64,000 nt of DNA from the human T2T-CHM13v2.0 reference genome, Homo sapiens: assembly GCF_009914755.1 (NCBI RefSeq), contig NC_060926.1. One strand, given 5' to 3'. A program made the translations under genes and the position numbers. The notes beneath the pieces are model-generated. The model was not told where the DNA came from. It saw nothing but the letters and a program-made list of their open reading frames with translations, and ran no database searches. This document shows, piece by piece, positions 15,157 to 26,825 of this stretch (within the stretch, counting starts at the first letter, position 1; each line of letters starts with the position of its first letter).

Positions 15157-15260
15157 ATGATAGATTTATTTTGAAGCAAATGCCTCGTCTGGAAGTCCAG
15201 TCCTTCCTCGACTTTGCACCACATTACTTCAATTATATTACAAATGCTGTTCAACAAAAG
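15157..15260 (+). CDS. PIKFYVE: PIKFYVE exon with catalytic lysine (DDRFILKQMPRLEVQSFLDFAPHYFNYITNAVQQK)
   Basis: ttttag|AT, AAG|gtagaa; PIPK DDRFILK motif; 104 nt. Confidence 0.97.
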
Positions 15261-15324
15261 GTAGAAATCTAAAACCATGGTCTGTAATCAAAGTTTGGTG
15301 GCTTTTTTCACATCCTGAATCTTT

Positions 15325-15751
15325 CTGTTAGTCTATTCTTGTGTTGCTATAAAGAAATACCTGAGGCTGGGTAATTTGTAAAGAAAAGAGGTTTATTTGG
15401 CTCATAGTTCTGCAGGCTGTGTATACAAAGCATAGTGCTGGCGGCGTCTGTTTCTGGTGAGGGCCTCAGGAAGCTTACAGTCATGGTGGAAGGCAAGGGG
15501 AGCCAGCATGTCACATGGTGAGAGACGGAGCAAGAGAGCGGGGTTGGGGGTGGGGGAAAGTGCTGCATTCTTTTAACTAACCAGATCTTGCGTGAACTCA
15601 GAGCAAGAACTTATTACTGCAAGGACGGCACCAAGCCATGTATGAGGGTTCTGCTCCCATGACCCAAATACCTCTCACCAGGCCGCACCTCCAACATTGC
15701 AGATAACATTTCAACATGAGATTTGCAGGGGCAAACATCCAAACTGTAACA
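15325..15751 (-). mobile_element. MaLR LTR (MSTA/MSTB-like)
   Basis: gctataaagaaatacctgaggctgggtaattt...catggtggaaggcaagggg...catccaaactgtaaca. Confidence 0.85.
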
Positions 15752-16458
15752 GTCCTAATGGCAGTTTTCTCTGTGGTAAGATATATGCAGGACACAAATT
15801 GATCTCTGTTATGCTATTGAGGTATTATAGGATTCAGAGATCTTAAACTATATATTTCCTGCGTTTGTTAGTGAGGAACCAAGTGATCTTGAGCAAGTTG
15901 CCTTTAATTCGTTTATATAAAAAATCACTTAAGACATTAAGACTGGATGAAATTAGGTGCACATTCAGTAGTTGGTAATTTTGCTGAGACTGAAATTTGA
16001 AACGTGTATTGAGAAACAAGGGGATGCTTCCTTTAGCTAGAAAGAGAGGCAGCCAATGGCCCAGGTTTGCCCACTTGTCATTGAGCAGCCACCAGTGCCC
16101 CCCACCCCATCCCAACTGCCATCTTAGAATCATGAAAGAGTTACATAGTTTTGGGTTTTTTTTTTGAAGTTATCATGGTTTATTACGTAGTATTGGGGGA
16201 AATTACATGTCATAATGAAGTTTTTGAATTTAATCAACTGAAGGATTATTCCTTGGGAGAATGTTAAGGATCTAATATTTTTATTGGCATTGCTGCTGTA
16301 CTCACTTCTGAGATTCAAGAGTTTGAGTTTTTTTCAAAGTCCTTTGGTCATATTAATAGAAAATTATGTTCAGTTATTACATGGATAATCCTTATATTGG
16401 TATTAAATTATAAATAACCCTTTTTGATAAGAATTTATTTTGACCTTCTCTTGATTAG

Positions 16459-16587
16459 AGGCCCACGGCGTTGGCCAAAATTCTTGGAGTTTACAGAATT
16501 GGTTATAAGAACTCTCAGAACAACACTGAGAAGAAGTTAGATCTCCTTGTCATGGAAAATCTTTTCTACGGGAGAAAGATGGCACAG
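16459..16587 (+). CDS. PIKFYVE: PIKFYVE exon (RPTALAKILGVYRIG...LDLLVMENLFYGRKMAQ)
   Basis: gattag|AGG, CAG|gtaagg; VMENLF motif; 129 nt. Confidence 0.97.
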
Positions 16588-17704
16588 GTAAGGGTATTGG
16601 ACTATGTGAAGCATTTAGCTACTGGAACCTTTTGTACCTTTGGTTCTTAAATATAGTGAATCAGAGAGTAACATCTTATTTTATAGTAAATATTTAACTT
16701 TGGTTACTAGGCCATATTTAACTTTTGACTTGCTCAGCCTTGGAGAAAGAATGAAGAGGAATTATTCTTGTGGAGTGGTCTTAAAATACAGCATATCCAA
16801 TATTCTAGAATCACAGAATTGGTAGAATAAGAAGGCAGATCTACTTCCCGCATCTTTTTTGAAGATTAAGAAGCTGAGGCATACAGAAATTAAGTACTTC
16901 ATTAAAATCACTCAGTTATTCCTAGACTCAGGTTAGTCTAGATTCTAAAACAGTACTGTTCAAAGAGCTAGTCCTTGAACTGTTTCCAGTCTATGATAAG
17001 ATAAGGAACGTGTGCTAGAATGTAATTCAGTTCACTGCTTTCTTCATTGAGAACACCTTCTATGAGAAAAATGTCAGCTGAACTAAACAGTATACTTAAT
17101 AATGTAATTGATTTATATTCTGGCACTAGTTCCCTAATGTTGTAGTGAGCCAGGAGCAACTGACCAGCATTGGTCTGTAGAATATACTACAGGTTGTACT
17201 GGTCCTGGTACTCAAGTCCCCTGTCCTTTGAGTGCATTGCTTTTCCTACCACCCAAATATTCCTGTGTTATGCTCTTCTACATTGCTGTAAGTAATTGTC
17301 CAGAGTTTGGTATCAAAACTATGTTTCTTAAGACTATTTGCATCTCTCTCTCTTTTTTTTTTTAACACTGTTTTGTGATCCAATGATGTATTTCTGGAGT
17401 TACTTGTTAATGTATCTTGAAGTTGATTAAATTGGCCAGTGTATTTCGGAAACGTTTCAGTAATTGAGTACCTAGGTGTTAATTTTAAATGATAGAATTA
17501 TGTTACTGTGTATTTTATGTACTGTACAATGATATCACCATGCGTTTAAAAACTTAAAAATTATGATTCAATTTTCAGTTAAACTTTGGAGTGTGTGTAA
17601 TGGTAGTGACTATAAGGAGTCTTTCTGCCTTTTTTATTTACTTACATTAACTAATCATTTGTGGCAACCTGTACATAAATGACAAAGCATTTTCTTTTTA
17701 CTAG

Positions 17705-17966
17705 GTTTTTGATTTGAAGGGCTCTCTTAGGAATCGGAATGTAAAAACTGACACTGGAAAAGAGAGTTGTGATGTGGTCCTGCTAGATGAAAATCTCCTA
17801 AAGATGGTTCGAGACAACCCTCTATATATTCGTTCTCATTCCAAAGCTGTGCTGAGAACCTCGATCCATAGTGACTCCCATTTCCTTTCTAGCCACCTCA
17901 TTATAGATTATTCTTTGCTGGTTGGGCGAGATGATACTAGCAATGAGCTAGTAGTTGGAATTATAG
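17705..17966 (+). CDS. PIKFYVE: PIKFYVE exon (VFDLKGSLRNR...IIDYSLLVG...VVGII)
   Basis: ctag|GTT, ATAG|gtaagt; DLKGS and DYSLL PIPK motifs; 262 nt. Confidence 0.98.
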
Positions 17967-18377
17967 GTAAGTCAATGAGTACCCTGCTTATATTTCATGA
18001 TTGAAGTCAGAGTCAAATTTTAAAGATTCTATTGAACCTGGTCTAATAATAGCTTATTGAATATTTTCACAAACTTTCATTTGAAATTTCAAAAATAAGT
18101 TTTTTATTCTAGTCTCTTCTACTCAGTTTCCACATTTTCATTATCTCTACCAAAAATATGTGAATTAAAAAAGTCACTTATAAATGAGGACTTTTGTGAT
18201 TGTTGTGAGGATTAAACAAATTAGTGTGGAGAAACCCTGAGAACAGCACTTGGCACATTGTTAGCACTCAATGAAAGTTAACTGTCATAGAAGTAGTAGT
18301 AATAGTCATTGCTGTTGTCATTTGATTATATTTATTAACATAGCTTTATTGCTAATTTCACTCCTTCTACCCCCCAG

Positions 18378-18452
18378 ATTATATTCGAACATTTACATGG
18401 GACAAAAAGCTTGAGATGGTTGTGAAATCAACAGGAATTTTAGGTGGACAAG
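18378..18452 (+). CDS. PIKFYVE: PIKFYVE penultimate exon (DYIRTFTWDKKLEMVVKSTGILGGQ), activation loop
   Basis: ccccag|AT, CAAG|gtgaga; 75 nt. Confidence 0.97.
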
Positions 18453-18996
18453 GTGAGAATTTTTGTTTTGTTTAAATTGTTCACATGTATTTCTTATCAG
18501 TTAAAATTTTAAAAGTGGATACTGATTCTTTTTTTTAGTTGTAAAAAATAAGTGGTTATCATTGATTTCATTGTCATTTCTAAAGTGACCAAACAATAAT
18601 GAGAATTATATAGGTGGGGAAATATTGGGTGTAAATATGTGTTAAAATGTCAGAGGTTCTCAAAAAGATTTTTTAAAAAGCCAGATGTTCTGAATAAGAG
18701 ATTGTCTTTAATTAACACTTGAGACTTCCAAGTTCTCTAAGCACTGTTAGCCTCATTTGTGCTCTTAGACATCGCTCATCTCTAGGCAGGAGCTAGTCTT
18801 TTTAAACAGAAACTCGTACCAGGTAGGACTTTGTCCCATGGCATGTGGCACAACAGATAACCTTTCCTGCCCACTCAGACTGCTTCTGCATGTGTATCTT
18901 TATGGCAGTTTATATGAAAGAACATGGTCAGTTGACTTCAGTTGCCCAATCAATTATATAACAGCTTTTTCCCCCTTTTCTCTTTCATAATCTCAG

Positions 18997-19112
18997 GTAA
19001 AATGCCAACAGTGGTGTCTCCGGAGTTGTACAGGACTAGGTTTTGTGAGGCAATGGACAAGTATTTCCTAATGGTACCAGACCACTGGACAGGCTTGGGT
19101 CTGAATTGCTGA
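18997..19112 (+). CDS. PIKFYVE: PIKFYVE terminal exon, coding part (GKMPTVVSPELYRTRFCEAMDKYFLMVPDHWTGLGLNC*)
   Basis: tctcag|GT acceptor; TGA at 19110-19112. Confidence 0.97.
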
Positions 19113-20177
19113 AATCAAGCACATATTTTGAAATGGACTGTGAAGGAAAAGGGGACAGGAACAAAGGACCAAAAATAAGCTACATGTTTTATTTCTTCAT
19201 CGTGTTCACCACTGTATGCCAAGGCTTTTCAGTTCTGTGTCTGTTTAGACTGTCCGTAATGGAATGGTAAAACTCCATGAATTTGCACTTTGGTTTTTGA
19301 TACCTGTGGAGCTGTCTGTACGTTGGGAAGTGGCATGAAAATTTTCTTAAGCTAAAATACAGACATGTTTCAAAGGGCTAAAGTTGGAGATGAGTAGATA
19401 GGGTGAAAAATGGGTTAAATTTGCTAGCTTAATTGTTTTAAGAAGAAAACAGTGTCTCATAAATTGACTATCCTGGCATCACATTTAACATGTTATCTAC
19501 TTAGAAAGCATTTGTAGAGCTGCTGAATTTGTTTTGTGTTTTTCTGTAATAATTTAATGTTACTTATTATCAGAATTTCTGAAACCTTTACAAAAATTCT
19601 GATTTATTCCATTAATGGCCAGTTAAACACGTGGGCATTTATTGTTTTATTGAGGAATTTGACTTAAACTGGGAATCCTGTCATGTTGTTTATCTTTCCA
19701 GCTTGCCTGTTTTTGAGTATGTTTGATGTTTTTAAAATTTTGTCTTCTCTGTGGATGACAGGAGGCTACAGCAATTAACTTTAAGCCTCCTTTTAGAGAT
19801 ATTTTTAAAGCTTGTTTAAAATTTTTGTGCAATTCATATATTAAATTGCACTTACTTGCATACGCTCATATTCTAGGGTTTTTTCTCTATTTTTAGGGTA
19901 TCATAGTAAATCATTAGTAAATGAGTCTGTAGTTACTAAACCCTAATGGAATAATTATTAATGAAAGATTTTTGAAATATAAAAAATAAATTAGGCCCAA
20001 TCCAAGAAATTGAGTGAGAAGGAAACACTTGTTTTATTCACAGAGGTAAAGTGTCTTTTCAATATAACCAGCAATTTAGGTGGCATCTATAAAATAAAAA
20101 ATTTCTACTGTGGACATCCCCTTTTCCAACTTTCTACATAATGGCTAGTTCTGACTACTAAGAAATGTTAAGAAATA

Positions 20178-20487
<310 letters not shown>

Positions 20488-22518
20488 TTATTCTTAGTAA
20501 GGAACTTCTTGTTTAATAGCATTTTTGTTTATTTTAAAAAGTGATCAGAAGTAGTAAACTATCTTTGAGGAAATACTGTAACCCCAGAATATTTCCTCTT
20601 GACTTCTTTTTGTAACAAGGATAATTTAGGGATTTATAAAGTTGTAAGGATTTCACTGTTTTCGGACTGCCTATAATAATAGCACATTAACCTTCACATA
20701 ATAAGAAATCTGGACAAGTTCAGTTACACAGTATGATGAATACTTGAATTAGGAACATTGTGGAAAATTTGCTTTAGAGAATCAAGGCAGTAGTTTGGTA
20801 TTTGGTGCTTATTAAAAATGTGGTTTGTTTTGAACTGGAAGCAAGTTGACCAAGGACTTATGACTAATGTGATGCTAAGTTCCACTTGGCCCCTTTTAAA
20901 AACGTGTATGTGCCTTTTGAAGATACACAAAACACTGAGGATTTTAGTTTTGAAATCAAAGACTATTAAAGGAGCTGTACAGAGGTAAAAAAATAAATGT
21001 GGAACATTATTAACTTATTTTGTGTCTAGGAACAATGGATTTTGTATCTGATTTAAAATGCCAACACTGTTTTGTCTCTGTTCATTTTTTCTGTGAGGAT
21101 ACTTAAGGTTATTATTCCTGTCTGTTTCCTGTACTCCCCTAGTCATGAGCACTTGAAGTACAAGGTGTCTCCCCCTAGGTGCAATTAGGTTGTTTCTTTG
21201 TTTTTAGTTTCAATTCTATGTGCATAGCAGGAATGCTCCACAGGAATGGCTTCTGACAATAATCTGTCCTGTTGATTTTGTTTTCCTTGCCCATGACTTG
21301 AACAACTGTGTTTTAAAGTACTGTAGTCTAGTAGGTAACTTTGTGGCAAAAATTTTCAATATAATACATTCTGAAACAATAGTTGCTGCCTTGCAAAGGT
21401 AATCTCTCATTTTAAAATTGGACAGTATTAATGAAGGGGAAATATACAATTTATTTCTATTGAGTGGTAGAACTATATGTCTGGTCCCTTGCTGCTCTTG
21501 TTTAGGCCACTATCATAGATATATTTCAAATATTGTACTACTCAGTGTTAAGTATTGAATGACTGTTTCCCTTTCCTTCAAGGCCTAGAGTATATTCTGA
21601 AAATTTAGGAATGAGGAAGAAATCTTAATACTTCCTTCCTTAACATACAACATGAGTCCCGAGAATAATTGATAGTAGCAAGAGAAAACTATGTCAGTAA
21701 CATGTTGCTTTGTATAAAAATCTTATTTATAAATGTGAAGCTTTTTGATGCCATCAAAACTTATTAAAAAATAGGATTTACTTTTTTCTAATTCTGACCT
21801 AAGAAAAATAATGAGAACAAGCTGTTGCAAGCTCTTTTGTAGTCTATTGAATATTTTATAGATATTCAAAATTTCCTACAAACTATAATTTTTTCCATGA
21901 TTTAGCAGTGAGTGATTTTCTAGCTTTGGCTCTTATTAGGTATTGTAAATAGTAGGGTTATATCGATATCAGCTTTTGTGATGGCATTGTGGTCATCAGC
22001 TTCATGACATTTTACCCATTTGCAGTGATCCTGTGTAAAACTGCCAAGGAAAGTAATTACCTGTAGGAGTTTGCTGAGCTTGAAGAGTGAAAACTGTTGT
22101 GAATGAGCCTGATCATAAAACGGACCAGGCCATTCATTATTCCTCAAGTGTTAATATACTGACTTATGCAGTATTCAAACCATCTAGTGCAATGTTTTTG
22201 TTTTTGTTTTTTTTTTTTTGGTAACACAGGTGCAGTGTATTATAGAAAAAATAAAAACTACAATCATTAGCAGTTTTAATACTGCTGTGTCAGTTTTGTA
22301 AAAAATGTACATTATGTCTTTTGACATGTTGAATTTTAAACTAGGGAAATGACATTGTAAATCATAGTAGCCTCTTTTAATTTAATATGAAAAATGCCAC
22401 TATATTGAAAGTACTTAATGTATTGTATATATTTCTCTACTTTGGTTCTAGCTATTTTATATGATTGACATGTTATTTAAAAGATAACTGCCTTGAACTT
22501 TTGGAGACTTGTACTGTA

Positions 22519-22541
22519 AATAAAGAAATCTTAACAATAAA
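22519..22541 (+). terminator. Tandem poly(A) signals AATAAA (22519-22524, 22536-22541)
   Basis: Two canonical hexamers, upstream TGTA elements, downstream T/GT-rich sequence. Confidence 0.85.
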
Positions 22542-22633
22542 CTCAGAATCTACTTACTCCACTTAGTTTTGAATCTGCTTGAAGAAATTGACAACAAAAG
22601 GAAATGGAGTTTGTCCTGCAAGCCTAGTCTTTG

Positions 22634-23294
22634 TGTTACTGGTGGAGGGTGTCCAGGTTCTTGGCGTTTTGAACAAAGAATTGGACAAAACACAAAAAGC
22701 AAGGAAAGAATGAAGCAACAAAAGCAGAGATTTATTGAAAACGAAAGTACATTCCACAGAGTAGGAGCCCAGGAGCACTGGGGCACAAGAGCTCCCGTTA
22801 CAGAACTTTCTGGGGTTTAAATACCCTCTAGGGATTTACCATTGGTTAGTTGGTGTACACCCTGTGTAAATTAATTAGTGGCCTGCAATCAGTGTGATTG
22901 GTTGCAGAAAGCAACCCATCAGGCTGAAGTGAAGTTACAAAGGTTAAACCCTATGCAAGTGTCGTTGTGGAAAACAACCAGTCAGAGGCCGAAGTTACAA
23001 AGGTTACACCCTATGCAAGCATCTCATTGGTTGTGGAAAGCAACCAATCAGAGGCTGAAGTGAAGTTACAAAGTTACACTCCTATGCCAATGTCTGGTTG
23101 CAGAAAGCAGCCAATCAGAGATGCTTTCAATTTTCCGTCTGCCATGCAGAAAAGGGAAGAGGGTGCTTGCAAACGGAGTATTCCAGTCCTTTTGTTACTT
23201 AGATGTAGAAAGTTGGGGTTTTCCTTTTGATTTAGTTCTAGAAAGTCAGTGTGAATCGGCCTTAGGTTCCCTGCCTCCAGACTATTCTGCCTCA
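22634..23294 (-). mobile_element. ERV1 solo LTR, MER51-like
   Basis: TG...CA ends; repeated ccaatcagaggctgaagtgaagttacaaag units; minus-strand TATA-like box (~22815-22827) and AATAAA (22731-22736). Confidence 0.8.
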
Positions 23295-23449
23295 CCTGGC
23301 CTAGCAGTGTCGCTTTCTGTTCATTCTGTTCATTCTCTTCCTGGTTGTTTAACCACTGGAGAATCCGTAACTTAAGGTAAACCCACAGTTCATTTCAGCC
23401 AATACTGGGCAAGCAGCATTCCCCTTCTTTCTTCTGATAGGGCACTAAA

Positions 23450-24650
23450 GGAAGTCCTGCCCTCTTCCATTTGCGATTGGCTGAATTTGTGGGTGGGCAG
23501 GGCTCTCCGCTGCCAGTGCCTCCGTGCTCCGAGGGACCACAGGTCCACTACGTGAGGGGAGGCTTCCCTCCCACAGGAACTCACACCTGTGGGCAGGAAG
23601 CCGGGAGGCCCGCCCCCTGCCTGGGTTCCTGCAGGGGAAGGCGAGGGTGGCTGGATAGAGCGTGCCCTGAGAGGTGGTTGGGCAGGAGGCTGGGCTGGTG
23701 GCCAGCTGCGCAGGGAGACCGGGAGGAGGCAGATCTGCGGGGCGCCCAGTCACTTCCTCCACGTTCTCGTGCTGGGCGGGAGGAGCGGATGGGGCTTGGG
23801 AGGCAGCCTGCTCTCCAGTCCCTATCCACCCACAGGTTTTTTGGGTCGGAGAGGAATTATCTGATAAAATTCCTGGGTTAATATTTTTAAAAACGGAGAG
23901 TTTTTAAAAATGATTTTTTTCCCTCGAAAATGACCTTTTTATGCTTCGAAGCAGTTTGTCACCAGCATAGTGCTTTTTCTTTTCTCTTCTTTTTCTACGA
24001 TAAATGAAAGCATTTCTTCAAGAAAAAGGCACAGGTTCCTTGAACAGGTAAGAAGAGCGCCCCACTTGTTCTCCCGCCTTCTGCGTGAGCAGCCCCTACG
24101 GGGTCTCCTACTGGTCCCTAGGAACTTTCGCCACACCCGGAGCGGCGGCCTCCCCGAGCCCCTCGGGGCCCCTTCCCTGGCAGCTGGGATGAGGGCAGCG
24201 TGCTCCTCGCAGGTTACTTGGTCCTGAGGTCCTCCCTCAGGCGCTGGGCATGCCTGGGGCGCAGAACCGCAGCTCTGGGCCAGACCCGGCTGAGACTGTG
24301 CTTGTGCAGCGAGTGGAGGCCGCTCCCGGGGCCCTGCCGCCCTCTCGCTCGCTCGGGGCTCTGGAGTCTGGCGGGCCGCAAGCCGCGCTGCCCGCTCTAC
24401 CTGGCTTTGTCCATCCAGCCACCCACCAAGCGCCAGGGTAAAACAGCACCCGGAAGCAGTCGTCGCCTGCTGCCACCAGGCTGCCTTCTGTGGTGAAGGT
24501 GGGGGCCAGGGTTGCAAGGCCCTCCTCTTGTTGGCATCAGCCAGGCACGCAGTGCTGTCGTGGCTGACCCAGGCCGTGAGGCACCCGCTGACTGAGAAGC
24601 CAACCTGAGCACCCAGCCGCACCTACCGCTGGCCTCAGACATCAGCACCC
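23450..24650. promoter_or_regulatory. GC/CpG-rich promoter-like region
   Basis: High GC and retained CpGs; ATTGG box at 23476, GC boxes (ccgccc ~23611, gggcggg ~23774), ETS-like GGAA cores. Confidence 0.65.
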
Positions 24651-25195
24651 CAAAGGGTATGTTGGAGTCCCATGGTGGAGGTGCCGGCCGCTCCTCCACG
24701 CACTTGATGTATACCGAGGATCCCATGCTTGACGTCGCAGGGGGCATTAGCCAGGAGCACGTTGCTGGGATGCCAGTCCAGGCTGAGGATGGTGGAGCCA
24801 ATGGGCTTCTTGATGTACTTGCACACCCACCAGTTATTCTCCCGCTGGAAATAACAGATGGCGATGACACACAGCTGCCGCCCACAGCAAACTTGTCCTG
24901 TGGGCCCAGCACACACAGCAGGCAGTGGGTGCGGGCTTACCCTCCTGGCCCGTCAGCGTCCACACAGAGGCCTTGTGGCCTGTGCCATAGGTCACGATGA
25001 GGTTACTCTTGGAGGCCCAGTTGATGCCTTTTACCTGCCCGTTGTGCTCCTTGAGCTCGGGCACCTTGGCCCACTTGGCCCCACTCTTACAGCTTCGTGG
25101 TTGTTGAGGCAGATGGTGGCCATCTGGGTGCGGCCCTTGCTCCAGGTTTGGCAGCAATGGGTTCCTGCAGTCAGCTGTGGGAGGCTGTAGTTGCT
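23914..25195 (-). pseudogene. Processed pseudogene of ARPC1B (Arp2/3 p41 subunit, WD40)
   Basis: Intronless, frameshifted fragments [80 protein letters not shown], plus ARPC1B-like 3'UTR. Confidence 0.9.
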
Positions 25196-25666
25196 CTCCT
25201 TTTCAGAGTACCCCAGCTGCAGACTCTGGGCAGGACGCACCCAACCAGTGCTCTGGTTTTTTGAAGTAAAAAATGCATAATGCAATTTTACCATCTTAAC
25301 CATTTTTTAATTATGAAATCCGGTAGTGTTAAGTATAATTGTGTTGTTGTGAAACAGATCTCCACAACTTTTTCATTTTGCAAAACTAAATAACTCCTCT
25401 TTCCCCCTACTCCCAAGCTCCAGGCAGCTACCATTTCTGTTTCTATGAATTTGACTACTTATATTACCTCATATAAAGGGGTTCATAAGTATTTGTCTTT
25501 TCTTGCTTGGTTACATCACTTAGCATGATTTCTTAAGTTTCATTCATGTTGTAGCACATGTCAAGATTTCCTTTTTTTTTTTTAAAAAAAAGGATGAAGA
25601 CTATTCGTTTGTATGTATATGCCACATTTTGTTTATCCATCCATTTTTCTTCAAATGTTTGAGTTG

Positions 25667-26397
25667 TGTGATGTTTAATTATGTGTCACCTTGACGGGGC
25701 AAAGGGTTGCCCAGACAGCTGGTAAAACATTATTTCTGGGTATGTTAGTGAGGCTGTTTCCAGAAGAGATTAGCATTTGAATTGGCAGGCTGAATAATGA
25801 AGATCTGCCCTCATCAATGTGGATGGGCCAGAACAAACCAAAAAGGTGGAGAAAGGACCAGTTATCTCCCCACCACCCCTGTGCCCTTTAGCTGGGACAT
25901 CCATCTTCTGCCATCAGACATCAGAGCTTCTGGTTCTCAGGCCTTCAGACTCCAGAAGTTATACCAGTGGCTTCCCTGGCTTTTGGACTCAGACTGGGGT
26001 TTCACTGTATGTTTCCCTGATTCTCAGGCCTTTGGACTTGAATTGAATTACAGCATGAACTTTCCTAGTTCTCTAGCTTGCATATGGCATATTGTGGGAC
26101 TTCTTGACCTCCATAATCATGTGAGCTAATTCCCATAATAAATCTCCTCTTATGTATCTATAATTCATATAGATATGATATCTATATATCAATCCCATAG
26201 ATAAATAGATGTCTCATATATATATCAATGTCTCTATATGTAGATGTCTCATATATGGTATCTATGTATCTGTATCATCTCTATATATCTAATCATCTAA
26301 TATAGATGTCTCATGATATCTATATAGATATATCTATATCATAGATGCAGAGATATCATATATATGTCTGTTTCTTTGGAGAATTCTGACTGATACA
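25667..26397 (+). mobile_element. MLT2 (ERVL) LTR with internal TA/GA-rich expansion
   Basis: tgtgatg...gactgataca ends; near-TSD agttg/ggttg; ctggtaaaacattatttctggg motif. Confidence 0.8.
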
Positions 26398-26825
26398 GGT
26401 TGCTTCCGCCTTTTGGCTATCATGAGTAATGCCGCTGTAACCATGGGTATGCAAATACTTCTTTGAGACCCTGCTCTGAGTTCTTTTGGGTAAATACCCA
26501 GAAGTGGATTGCTGGATGATTTGGTGGTTCTACTTTTAATTTTTTGAGGAAATGCCATACTGTTTTCCATAATGGTTGCACCATTTTATAATCTCACCAA
26601 GAGTGCACAGGGTTTCAATTTCTCTACATCCATACCAACACTTATTAGTGTGTGTGTGTGTGTGTGTGTTTAATGGCTGTCCTAATGGGTGTGAGGTGAC
26701 ATTTCACTGTGGTTCTGATTTGCACATCTCTGATAATTGCTGGTGTTGAGCATCCTTCCATATGCTTGTTGGTCATTTATATATCATCTTTGGAAAAAAT
26801 GTCTATTCAAGTCTTTTGTCTATTT

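Noticed and set aside
22900-23120. Repeat-spacer-like array (gaggctgaagtgaagttacaaag units) resembling CRISPR
   Set aside because: Internal tandem repeats of a MER51-like LTR in eukaryotic DNA; the spacers are related to each other and there are no cas genes.
23939-24622. 227-aa minus-strand ORF and other overlapping ORFs at 23.4-25.3 kb
   Set aside because: Only short segments are in the ARPC1B frame; the rest is frameshifted GC-rich sequence where stops are rare. Treated as a pseudogene by-product.
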